Shown here in pieces: positions 35,947-48,700 of a DNA stretch of 64,000 bases. The stretch comes from Azolla caroliniana (Eukaryota; Plantae; Polypodiophyta), in contig JBHGNT010000009.1 of the NCBI GenBank assembly GCA_043228905.1, forward strand, positions 21,452,001 through 21,516,000, given 5' to 3'. Made by a program: the position numbers and the translations under genes. Below the pieces are notes generated by a model. The model ran no database searches and was not told the origin of the DNA. It worked only from the letters and a program-made list of their open reading frames with translations. Each line of letters opens with the position of its first letter. Positions within the stretch are counted from its first letter, which is position 1.

Positions 35947-38900
35947 ATGGCACCTGTCCTCTCTTCTCTGTGTATCCTCCCTTCCAGTAATGTAGCACCT
36001 ATCCACAGCCTCCGAACTGTCCCACATCCTTTGTTTCTTCATCACTCTCGCACGAGAAACTTGTCAATCCTTGCAGCAACAGAAGCATCCGATTCGCTAC
36101 ATTCATCATCGTCTGCACACCACCACCATCATCAGAAACCTCTCAAATCTTCTTCTTCCCCATTCTCTTCCATAATTCCTCCGCTCGCTGCCTCTATCCT
36201 CGTCTTTTCCGTTTGCTCACCTCCTCCAGGTACATATCTGATTCGTGATGCTCTAAGAACGTTTTCTCAAGGCTTTGTTTTTATCCTGTATTAAACTTTC
36301 TGAAAGAAAAATTATGTACGATACATGTCTGTGTATTCCTTCTTGAGAAAGCTTGCAATATTTCTCAGCTTTCTACGTAATCTTTCTCAAGAAATCTTTA
36401 GTCAGTGTCCTTTCATGAAGTTTCTTGAAATGTTCTTCTGTCTATTCTCTTTCTGAAAAAACCTGGTAATACTTAGTTTTTCTGTCTTCTTAATAAGTTA
36501 ACAGTTTCTTGATTTGTATTCCTTTCTCTGAATGCGTTCTTTTGAAAGGTAACTTTGATTCTCAAGTAATGTCGTAATTTGCTTCATTAATTAAATAGTC
36601 TTGTAATTTGCTATGTTTCTTCTGTATTCTTTCTCACAAATTTTGATGAAATGCTTCATTAATTTCAATATTCATTCTTAAGAAATTTCGTCATCTGTAT
36701 TCTCCCTTAAGAAATAAGTATTGCCTATCATGGAATGTCCTTTTTGATGCTTGCTCAATTGCAAAGGAAGACCACGAAGATAAATTTAAGCTGCATATCT
36801 AAGACAGCCATTTAAATGCTTGAGTATGGGGCTCTCATTTAATGGCATATGTTCAGATAAGGTCAGCAGGTTCTTTGATCCTTTGTAGGTGAAGCTGGTA
36901 TTTTATCAGGATCCACAGGACTAACCTCATTTGATTTTCCATCATTACCAACACCTGGCATTCTCAAGAAAATTCAAGGTATGTTTTATTTCAGCACTCA
37001 ATATTAGATTACTTCTCATGCATAATTTTATGTTCAAGTGGCTTGTTGTACATTCATAACTGTTCTATGTGTGTATTGTGTACCATGTTAGCTTCTTTCT
37101 TTGCAGTGCATGCATTTGTGTTCTGTGTATGTATCTGATTCTTTTCTCAGGTATAATGTTCTTTCTTCACTGTTCATTCGTGACAAATCCATGTGTTAAT
37201 CCTGTATTATGCTAGATTCTGACTTATAAGTCAAGAATAATGCTATTTTTGAGTTGTCTGTTGTATGTCCATAACAGTTATGTGTGTTTTGCTGGAAAAT
37301 AACAGTTTTTATGCCTAGAGTGTACACATAATAAAATGGAGCTGTTGTGATTATGCATAAACCAATCAGATTGGGCAAATATACCTATAAGACCAAACAA
37401 GTGATTACATCTTAAGTGCTGTATTGTCTTTGAGAACAACAAATCAAAATAAAATAAATATTACTCAGTAAATATAAAAGTAAATAAGATAAAAAAGGAG
37501 ACGAAACAATCGACACATGTGAAGTTCGCAAGTTAGATATATTATAACTTTAGTCTTCGAAAGATCTCTATCATAGGTTGATCCAGAATGGAGAGGTCTC
37601 AGAAGTGAGGGAAGCACCTGCAATTGCGGGAGATAATGGCCTTTATTTTGCAATGACAAAGGTGTTGAGGTCGTGATTTGTGGGCCTGAGAGAGGATGTG
37701 AGAGAATCACAAGAGTAATCTAGAGTATTCATGAATTTTCTAGATTATTATTCCAAAAAGTTCTAGGACCTAGGTAAATAACAATGAAAATAATATCCTA
37801 CATATTACAATTTATCCTAATGGTAAGGCCTCGACCCGTGTATTGTAAGGTCACGAGTTCAAATCTTGTTTGGGGTCACATCAAGACACTATCCCCCCCT
37901 TCGAACGATGAGTATTGCAAGTCGTCTTTAGTTAAGGACCTGGTTTGTCTGGGTATTGTTGATGAAATTCTTCAACAAGGGCTCGAGAATTTGTAACATT
38001 CTTTGCCGGTTCCCAAGTGCGGTCGCTCGAACTATACCCTAGCCAATCCACCAAATAATATAGCTTGTTGTGACAGACTATAGCCTAGCTAATCCACCAA
38101 ATAATATAGCTTGTTTTGAACAAACTTGGAATCAAGAATAGCAACAACTTCATGCTCTAGTCCATCTTCAAGTTCAATAGGTGGAGGTGATTAAGTACGA
38201 TTTGGAACCTTTATACTTTCTTCTCTTGATTCATCACATGTGTAATAGATGAATTTGATACCATATCCCCAACACATACATCTGCCCATGACTTCGTTGT
38301 GCATACATTTTTCATCTCACTTACATCCCACCTCATTGTGTCCATTTTTTCTTCTTTTAATGCTTCCTTTAACTCAATCTTGTTAAGGCGCTCATTTGTT
38401 TTGAAAAAAGCTCTCTTACATTCTTGAATCTCATCATCAAGTTTTGCAACCATTTTCTTAAGACTTTCATTCTCAATGACAACAATTTGGACCTTAGCAT
38501 TCTCCTTTATTAGTGTCCTAATCTCTTCACCTTGCTTGTTTATTCTTTTTCGAAGAGAAATCAAGTGACTCATACACATTTTATCCATTGTGGTTGAATT
38601 TGCTGCATTAATATCAAGAATCGTTGGTGATCTTGGCTCATTACCGATCATACTCCCGGACTTTGTGGCCACATTACGAGTGTTTGCCATTGTAGGACCA
38701 AACCCTACGAGAAGTATACCTCTAAAACCTGCTAGCTTTAGTTGATTACATAACTAATCTTCTTAGATCATATCATAGATCTTGTTGTGAGCTTTGATTC
38801 AAGCCATATCTTGTCAAAATCAGACCTCATATGACAAAGTAAAATATATTATATATATATAGAGAGAGAGAGAGAGTATATGATAGAAGGAAAATATATT

Positions 38901-41699
38901 ATAGAAAAAGGAGTAATTTAGAGAGAGGGATAGGAATAAATTAGAGGTCTGATCAAAGACAAGTTATGGTTTGATTTGAAACTCACAACAAGATCTATGA
39001 TATGATCTTGGAAGATAAGTTTTGTAATTCATCAAAGCGATACAGATTTCAAAAGTATATTTCTCATAGGGTGTGGTCGTACAATGGCAAACACTCGCAA
39101 ATGAGCCACACTGTCCGGGGCCATGATAGATAATGAGCCAAGATCACTAAAGATTCTTGAATGCAACAAAGTCAGCCATAATGGAGTTCATTTGATTTCT
39201 CTTCAAGAAACCATAAATGAAACAAGGTAAAGATATTAGGGCACTCATGAAGGAGAATGTAAAACTACAAACGATTTGTTATTGAGAATGAGAGACTTAA
39301 GCAAACGGTTACAAAACTTGAAGATAAGATTAGAGAATGTAAGAAAGCTTCATTAACAAGTGAGCATTTAGACATGACTGAACTAAAGTATTGAAGAAGG
39401 AAAAATGGAGACAATGAGGTGGGATGTGAATGAGATGAAAAATGTTGCATTGCGGAGGAGATTTATTCTAGTAAATCAACTTCATATGATCATCTATGCA
39501 TCTTCGGCTGTAAAGCTTTTGTCCACATTAGATTCTTGTAGAGGTGTACAAGAGTTGTAGTAGTCACGTCATATGTCGGGATGCTCTACTATCAAGAATC
39601 CACAATTCAACAACGACTTGGAGTGTCGATGTAAGAGCACATTTCTTCAGTCATGACGCACAACTCAAGCTCATCCATAACATTGTTGGCCGACTTGGCT
39701 GTCACCAAGAAGTCTTAGTGAACTGGTTCTTCTCATCTGCCATCTTTTTCCGGCAATCGTTGATAGTGTGACCCTTGTTATCACAGTAGAAGCACTTTCC
39801 ATTAAACTTTTCTTCTTCGGTATCCTCTTCCAACTCCTTGAGTTGATGTTCCTTTACTCTTACTCTTGACGACTTGGCTGTCACCAAGAAGTCTTAGTGA
39901 ACTGGTTCTTCTCATCTGCCATCTTTTTCCGGCAATCGTTGATAGTGTGACCCTTGTTGTCATAGTAGAAGCACTTTCCATTAAACTTTTCTTCTTTGGT
40001 ATCCTCTTCCAACTCCTTTAGTTGATGTTCCTTTACTCTTACTCTTGACGACAAATGCCGAATCTTCTTCTCTTGTCTTCAGCTGTTGCTCCTCTTCAAG
40101 CAGCATTCATTCAGTTCGTCAAATTTCAAAGGAGTGCATCAAATCGGACTGTTCAATGCTGTCACAAGGACATCATACTTGGAAGGCAGTACTTGAAGGC
40201 ACTGACGAACCATATCCTTTGGAGAAACTGCTACACCACTGACAACCAGCTGATCTTGAAGATCATTAATTCTTTTTACGAAGGACTCCACTTTCTCTCC
40301 ATCAGTGAGCTTCTTTGCAGCAAGCTGATTTTCTAGGCTCTCTATCCTTGTATAGTTCCTGGTTTCCTTCTAGCTGGCCAGTATGCTGCAAGCTTCTTGT
40401 GCCTTGGTTGTATGTTGCACTAATGTTCGTATAGTCACATACACCAATGGCTATATTACACAATGCATCAAGGTTCCTTCTCTTCCAAGCTTGAAGTAGG
40501 TCAAGTTTTGGAGAAATTGGTGTGGTAGGATGTGTAGAGAGTGTAGTTGTTAACAATCGGCAACAGTTCGGTTCAGTTCGAGGGTGTTAAAACCAAACCG
40601 TTTAAAAATTTTGAAACTTAAACCGGAACTGAACCGAACCATGAAACCGTGAAAACCGTGGTTTTGTGGTTCGGTTTTAGTTTTCATGTTAGGTCAAAAT
40701 TCAAAATTTCAATTATAAATTATAAATTATAAATTATTTTCATTATTTCAAATTTTAATTTTTCAAAATGTTAATGAATTTTCCTAAAATGTGAGAATTA
40801 GGCTTAAAAATGAAAAGGTTGTTCAAAAAAATATTTAAAAAACTAATCAATTGGCAACCCTAAACCATCAAACCATTTAAACCGCGGTTTCAAACCGAAC
40901 CACCCCCAAACCAAAACCGAACTGTTAAAAAAACTTGAACTTGAACCAAATCGAACTGAACAATTTAAGCTGTTAAGCCGCAGTTTTGCAGTTTGGTTCA
41001 ATTCAAACCGAACCGTTACCGATTGTTATGTTCCGTTAGACAATGGACTAGGGCAAATGTGCTATGGAGCAAATGCAACATTTGTGGACAAGTCCATTGA
41101 TTCTATCTCTCTTTATCTCTTTGGTACTAGACAACGACTACATGTATAGTCTTAATCTAGATCCAACCTCTCAACTTTGATATCATGTTAGAATATTGAG
41201 AATTGACAACCGTTTACTCTTTCCTATCTGTATGGTATTGACAAGTGTCATGCTGACATTTATTTGTCGTAAATTAACGTCCATAGTTTATCTTTGAAAG
41301 GTATGGTAATGGATGTTATGTGCCTGGTTTGTATGGATTCTCATTCCACTTTTTCTTTTATGCAGAAGAAAACAAAGCAAGGTATGAAGGTCTAGATGAA
41401 AAATTCAAGTCTTCATCCTTAGTACAAGAGTTATTAAAAAGATCAAAGCAGAACGCAGAACTGTATGATCCACATGTTTGATCTTCATAAACATTTTTTG
41501 ATGTTCATCCTTTTATGAATGTTAGTACTCTTTGTGAATTTTGATTAAACAATGTAACAGACACAAACAAGAAATTCAAAATAAATATTGTCAAAGGGGA
41601 GCAGATTGGGGTGTTGGAGATTGCTCAACTGCTGCAATGTCTGAAGAGGAGAGAACCACTTTCATGGAAGCATTAAAGGGAAACAAATCTGCAGAATAA
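35947..41699 (+). CDS. Plastid-targeted PsaN-like small protein, about 202 aa; exons 35947-36229, 36889-36978, 41366-41462, 41561-41699
   Basis: GT-AG introns keep frame; Ser-rich transit peptide, hydrophobic lumen-signal-like stretch, conserved AGILSG...EENKARY...ELLKRSK...KYCQRGADWGVGDCS, recalled from the plant PsaN-like family (not canonical PsaN). Confidence 0.85.
37385..37715 (-). mobile_element. LINE 3'-end fragment in intron 2
   Basis: Similar to 41860-42200 (ggagaggtctca, ggcctttatttt, tgtctttgagaacaac); decayed C-terminal zinc motif. Confidence 0.6.
37716..38200 (-). mobile_element. Old remnant of the chromovirus D family (chromodomain end, PPT, partial LTR)
   Basis: Reverse complement matches D 32810-33230 (ctatcccccct PPT, YYLVDWLGY, PPPIELEDG), including the tRNA-like LTR head at ~37815-37875. 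Confidence 0.75.
38211..39450. repeat. Head-to-head inverted pair of a repeat encoding a LINE-ORF1-like coiled coil
   Basis: 38211-38830 (-) mirrors 38943-39450 (+); both start atggcaaacac; the minus copy is an open 159-aa ORF with coiled coil and SWADV, the plus copy is decayed. Confidence 0.7.
39485..40550 (-). mobile_element. Copia gag/protease remnant with duplicated zinc knuckle
   Basis: KFNGKCFYCDNKGHTINDCRKK duplicated (~179-bp unit, 39691-40050); WILDSRASRH protease-like motif. Confidence 0.7.
40551..41028. mobile_element. Second copy of the hAT-type MITE at 6086-6508, opposite orientation
   Basis: TIRs taacaatcggcaac / gttaccgattgtta; internal sequence is the reverse complement of the 6086 copy; no TSD seen. 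Confidence 0.8.
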
Positions 41700-41840
41700 G
41701 GTTTTCTCTACCTTAAATCATAAAGTTTCTTTCATGTAGTACACTGACATTATAAATCTGTTATGTACATGTACATATTAATATGTACTGCTTATAGCCA
41801 TGTTCATTATGTTTACTAGCATGACCAGATCATAGGACTA

Positions 41841-43920
41841 GAAAGAAAGGAGAAAGAAAGAAAGAAATATTAACGTCTTTTAAGAGGCCAAAATGACCTA
41901 TAAAACCAAACAAGGGCAATCATCTTAAAATATTGTCTCATCTTTGAGAAACAACAAACTAAAATAAATAAATGTAACTAAGCAAAAAAGTAAATTGAAA
42001 TAGATTAAGACATGACCGAAGAATCTTGTCATCCATACATGTAAGATTCTCAAATCAGATCTTTCAAATATCTCTAGCATAAGTCTATCTAGAATGGAGA
42101 GGTCTCAAAAGTCACGGAAGCACTTGCAATGGCAGGGTGTAATGGCCTTTATTTTTTGATGGCAAGGGTGATGAGACCATGGTCCAGAAGGCCGAGGCAT
42201 ATGTGCATGATAAATTGCTATTGCCCAATCTATTGTAACCCCTTTGCAATGTCCTGGTTAGGTGTGCATTTGTATAGCTCTTGATTGGCTTGTGGTATGA
42301 GTAGGAATGATGGGGCTAAAGAAAGTTGTGATTGTTCTTTGTTGATGAGCTCATGTGGTTCTATTGTTGCCCTTTAACACCTTCTCCATGTGTCCCTTGA
42401 TTTCTAACAAGGAAACCCCCAAGCACTGTTGGTACTTATATTCCATTACCTTGTGTTGTGGGCCAAAGCATTAGTTAAAGAGGCAATGGTATCTCCCCCT
42501 TATTTTTTTAAAAACAGTACAATGACAAACATATTGTTCTTCAAACTCTTGCATCTGATGACACAATTGGCAAATTCTTTCTTCAAAAGGTATTCATGCA
42601 TATTTGTGTGTGCATAACTTCGCGACAGCAGGCCTCAATTGCTAATTGATGTGAAGTTCACAGCTGCCCTATCACACTGCACAACGCATGGGATAGATGT
42701 GTGTACATATAAGAGGTCCTGATGATGAATCCATCCTTCAATGTGTGTACACATTGTCTTATAACATGCCATCTTCTTACCAAGAGACCTGGGGCTGATC
42801 ACTCTATTCTTTTCCACTTTGTTCATATTTAGATGGGGGCAATCCAACCTATATTGGAACAGGGGTAGTGCATTGATGCTTATGCCATGTGAGTCGAACC
42901 ATTGTTGCATTTCAGGATGCCAACAATGAATATGTCCATGTTTAGCAAGTTGTTTTGATGACAGAAGCAAATACTGTTCCAGAATCTTTCTGATTGGTAA
43001 TCCAAGAATTAGGAGCAAGATGTGTGCTAGCAATAGGAGCAAGATGTCACGAGCATAGATAAAGTGCTCACTTACTAATCCATCATGATCTTGGGCCTTC
43101 CCAAATTGTAACCGATAAATGGTGTTTCTTATAATATGTGGAATAAAAAAGGTGGATTCACGTGGCCGTGAGTCAGGTGGGTGGGGGCTGCCCAGGGATA
43201 TCATAAATTAGCTTTGCATATTCATGCCACACTTGAGGTGAGGTCAATTGTGTGTAAGTTGCCTCTCATAAAACATTTTCCATGTTCTTTTATACTCTTG
43301 TCCTAAGAACAAGTGATACATGTGTGCTTCATATTTAGCTAAATATGATCTCTTCTTCCTCACAAGGAGTTGGAAGGTTGCCTCCAAGTTAGTTCATGTT
43401 GCAAAGATATTGTTATATCACAACATTCCTTATCATACCAACTATTTTGTATGACTCAGGTTTGGATGCATTGCACATTGTGTGGGGAAAGGCATTTGTG
43501 GCTACTTTATGCGATGATTTGTGTGACTTTGTCTAGGGGTGTATAAGTATCCGATTATAGCATGCCATTATATACTATATGACGATATACATCAATTGTC
43601 CCTGGGCTAAATTGGTATTTAGTCAGCCCACTATTCTTCTGGGATATACATCCCTTGTGCATTCATTCTCCATCTGAAAGCGTAGATATGCATGATTTGC
43701 TGCCATTGATGAGTCATTGTAAACATAACAAGAGGACGTTGTTTCTAGATTGTTTCTACCTAAGGAAAGACTGGTTTTGTCTAACTTTCTTGGCTCTTGT
43801 TAGTGCTTCTAGCCTTCTATCAATATTTATATTGTATAACACTATTTTCTTTTTAATACTTTGGAAGGAGGTTTCTCTAAGTAGCATTGGGGTTCTTTCC
43901 TAAATTCTATCATAAGCTTT
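41841..43920 (-). mobile_element. Decayed LINE with internal deletions and (TTTC)n tail
   Basis: RLQFGKAQDHDGLVSEHF RT-lead motif, SVIDYTT endonuclease-end motif, C-terminal zinc motif, tail at 41841-41865. Confidence 0.7.
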
Positions 43921-45779
43921 TTTTCTGTTCATTGTCTTGCATTGCCTTCCCTACAAGGGGTTATGAACCGTGAGGAAGAAAGGGAACCTGCAGGAATTCT
44001 AGAGACATTTACGACCCTTGACATACTAATTACCCTCAAATAGATTGTATTTGGATTCGTAGAAAGAAAAAGAATGTGATCAATTTCTGTCACATCAGCA
44101 CTTGTGGTAGTATAATCAATCTTAAAATTCCAACCTTGTTTCCCAAATCTCTTGTTTCCCAACCCTGAATGAATATAAGTTCTTATTTATACACGTGCAT
44201 TCAATACAAAATATTATGTTCTAAAGTGTCTGATGCAATACTTCCATGTACTCTAATATGTGATTGAAATACATATCTCAAAATGCTACAGCGACATTCA
44301 CAAGGGATGGTATGCAGGTTGATGGTATTCACGTGCCAGCATCTCATTGGTCACATCAAAGAAGGGGTGGAAGTTTCAATTTCTAAGCTTCCAATGATAC
44401 TTGGATGGATCTAAAGATTCAAGGAGGAAAATGGATAAAAATGACTAGCGGGCTTTGAACTTAAACACATCCATTGAAAGCTTTATCTTTTCTCCACCTC
44501 AAGCTCTCACCTATAAAAAAGTTGTTCTTCTATATTTTATTTAAAGTGCCTCACCCTCCATTTGTTGTCTCCGTTTAATTCTCTTTTGATGGTATATTGT
44601 ATTTACATGTCTTATTTGATCTCTGTATTATATATTTTCCACAATTCATAAGTGTATTAAAAAACATAAATCACACAAAAACAGCAAGTATTAATTTAAT
44701 GTAAAAACAACAATCGGAGAAGAGACATTTTAAATATAATTTAAAAAAGGACGTGCATTGACAAAATGAGGGCCTAAGTTTTTGAGTGTTCGATTTTCTG
44801 TTAACAATAATCGATGGAATCTAAAACAGGTATACGCTTATTCCAAGTTGTGCGTTGGTGAAGGGAGTTATGTTTGTCTATTCCCAATGAAGTGATGGTG
44901 AAGTCCTTTGAGGCATTTTATAGGAGGTGATGTGCATTCCAATTGTTGAGGCACTTGTTGAGAGTGAAAAAGTGAAATAATTGCTTATATGGCCCTATTA
45001 AGGCAGGTAGAGCAATTCTTTGGTGCACAAAGTAAGAATAGGTAGGATAGGAGTATCATTGCTTATATTGATTCAAGTAAGAATATATAGGATGGGATTA
45101 TTATTTCTTATATTGAGTCAAATTCAAATTTATTGGAGGCTAAAAAGTGGAATCAATCAGAAACTAGAAAATAAATTGAATAAACATTGTAATCTTTTTG
45201 GTAAACAGAGTAAAAGAGTTGTGTTTTAACATTATGTTGGAGGCTTGAGAGATTCCAATCTAGATCTGATGATGTAATGATGAAGCTTATTCAATCAATC
45301 ATTCAATCATACTTTAGTTTAGTGCATTTCATTCATCATTATGTCATGCATTGCCTTCAAAGTGTGACAATAGTGATTATGAGCAAAAAAGTAAACATTT
45401 GATGGTAAATCACAATAAAGAGGTTGATTATTGCTTGCAAATGGAACAAGCAATTTTAGTTAAGTGAAAGCGCCTAGTTTAATAGAAAAAATGTGTAAAA
45501 TACATAATGACTTTATTTATGGAGACATAAATATGTTCCCAAGAGTCCAAGTTAAGATGAAGCAATGCTAGTTATGGAAACACACACCAATTCCATTGTT
45601 GGTGAGCTATCACAATATGGAGGGCATGTGTAATAAAAGTACACTGGTAAACCAAGATACTATTTTGTGTGTTGGAACATTCTCTCGTGAAATAGTCAAT
45701 ATTCACATTATTATGATAGAACATATATAAAGATGTAATACTAATCGATATAAACAATTTCAATTACCACTTGATCTAG

Positions 45780-48700
45780 TGACGGTTTGAACATCACTAG
45801 ATGAAGTGGTAGTTGAACTTGGTTCCCCCTCCCAATGAAAAACTACATGAATTTACACACCATCAAGAAGAGGAAGATGATAGGCTGATCAACCAAGGTC
45901 CACAAAATTGTGTTGCTAACTAAGCACACTTACCCATAGACAATATCTTAGAATTGTGAGATACACGCAAAAATACCTTCTAACTAGGGTTGAATACACA
46001 AGATTGCTCATTTTGGTTGGCATAAAAATGCACTCTATCTTGAGTTTTTATATTATCTTGTGCAATATGCAACACATCTTCATATCCCCTTAGAAAGTTT
46101 CGTGTACTTCGTAACTCATCATGATGTATATCAATCAGGGATCGTGCTTGAAAGCCATACATCAACATAAAAGGACTCTAGCCTGTCGATGTATGCTTGG
46201 AGTTATAAGCAAACTCCAAATTTGGGAGATAACGTTCCCATTTTGTTGGCTTTGTAGCACCGTATGCTCAAAGCATGTCCTCAATAATTTGATTTACTTG
46301 TTTTGTCTGTCCATTGGATTGAGAATGATATGTGGAGCTCATGCTCAATGTAGTTTCTAACTTCTTAAATATTTGCATCCAAAAGTTGCTAGTAAACTTT
46401 GGATCTCGATCACTCACAATATCCATCGATAACCTATAAAAACAGAATAACTCATCAACGAATTGGCAAGCCAATTCAGGAGATATAACCGTGGTTTTAG
46501 TAGCAATAAACCTGGCTATTTTAGTTAGTTTATTAACTACAACCCAAATGGCATCATGGCCTTTTTGGGTGCAAGGCTAACATGAAAACCAATGATGGTC
46601 TATGGATATACTTTCCCATTTATTGTTGAGAATATCCAAGAGATCATGTAAAAGTCCAGTGGATTTAAGTCGCTCGACTTTATGAACTTGACATTCATGA
46701 CATTTAGTCACATAGTTATGTATGTCATGATGCATCTTAGGACAATAGAATTGAGTGGAGATGAGAACAAATGTGCAATGTATTCTAAGGTGCCCTGCTG
46801 ATGGTGCGTCGTGGCATTAAAAAAGAATTCTCTCTTTTACCTCAAGCAAATCCAAAACACTAACCTTCCCATTATGGTAGGGCAATCCGTTAACAATGTG
46901 GAAGGATTCCTTTGAGGGTGTGGTGATGTCTATTCTAGACTCAGCTCTTGCCCAATATTTTCCAAAATAATAGTCACAAAAATATTTCAAGGACTCGTGG
47001 TCCATAGTTATCACAAAACGATTTCTGCCATGACTTTAGTGCATGGATAACTGCAAATAATTCCTTTTCTTGAACAGTATACTAGCACTGAGTAGGATCA
47101 TGTTTCTTACTCTCAAACGCTATTGGTTTCCTTACTCACTTGCATCGGTTTCAACCTGAAAAGGTTTTAATGGATCTAGTAAAAGAAGCGAAGGAGCCTT
47201 GCACACCTAGTTCTTGGTTCCTTAAAGGCGAGGTCTAATGTAGCATTCCATACAATCGGGTTGTAGACTTATTTGTTTGATCTTTAAGAAGGTCAGTAAA
47301 CGACGTTGTTAATTGGGAGTAATTGTGAAAAGATTTTCGTACATAGCGGACAAAACCAAGGAATGATCGAACTTCTCAAATATCCCAAAGAGTGGGCTAA
47401 AGTTTGACCTTCTCAATGTCGACTCCTCGTTCAATTATGAGATTTCCAAGGTATGTAATTGATTTCTTAAAGAAATCACATTTCGAGATCTTCTCATAGA
47501 ACTATTTCTTGAAGAGTGGGCCAATGTGAGAAGGATCAATGTTGACTCCTCGTTCAAATATGAGATTGCCAAGATATGTAATTGATTTCTTGAAGAACTC
47601 ACATTTCGAGATCTTCTCATAGAGCTATTTGCCACACAATGTTTGTAAAGAAAACGAACATGTTTACCATGTTCTTCTAATGTATGACTATAAAGTAGAA
47701 TATATCATCCAAGAAAATAATGACAAATTTTCCAAGTTGTTTTCAAAAGATGTCATTCATTTCTTGTTGAAATGTGGTCGGAGTATTGGTCAAACCAAAA
47801 GGCACGACCAAAAACTCATAATGGTGATAGTGCGTACGAAATGTCGTTTTAGAAACATCCTCCTCACTTATATGAATTTGATGGTAGCCCGTACGGAGAT
47901 CAAATTTTGAAAAATATCGAGCTTCTTGGAGATGATCAATCAAATCATTTTCCTGGGGCAATGGATATAAATTCTTGATCGTCACTTTATTCAAACATCA
48001 ATAACTAATACATTTGCGCTATATGCCCTCTTTCTTTTTCACCAAGAGAACATGTACACCCCATGGAGCTTTACAATAATGTATATACATAACATGGTAT
48101 TTGCAAATATTCCTTGAGTTGCTTAAATACCTCCCCCTCTTTGGATCGACTTAATTTATATAGAGGTATATATTGGTGCAACCCCAAGTAAAAGATTTAT
48201 GCAATGGTTCATATTACATTTAGGAGGTAACACATTGGTTCACTTGGAAAAACATCACAAAAATGATTTAAGATGTCGTCAAGTAGTTGTTGTTCAAACG
48301 AAGATAAATTATCTGTGACACTATTGATATTATAAACTTGTAAAGAAGTCAAGGACATCAAGAATTTGACCTTTATGTTCTGCCTCTTTGTTTTTGTTGT
48401 CGTGCACTTTGTGTTGGAGCTTCTAACATTGCTCTTTTGTGTGATTCTTCCTTTTGCCGAACACGCGAAAAGCATATTGTCGCCTAAAATTGTGATCCAA
48501 GAATTTGTTGGGTGTCTTGCGTTTCCGAGCGAATTGCGATTGCTTAGTTCCAGGCTCTTCAGGTTTGCTATGTTCCTTCAAAATGCATTGATAACGAAAG
48601 ACAATTTCAACGACATCTTCGAAGGATTTTGGATCCTTATTGTGCACTATCCAATGATAGTTAGAATTGGGAATGCCATTGACAAAACAAGCAATTAACC

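Noticed and set aside
44790-45230. Possible solo LTR (TGTTAACA...TTTTAACA)
   Set aside because: No TSD, PBS or partner copy in the window; does not match the 50851-51865 LTR
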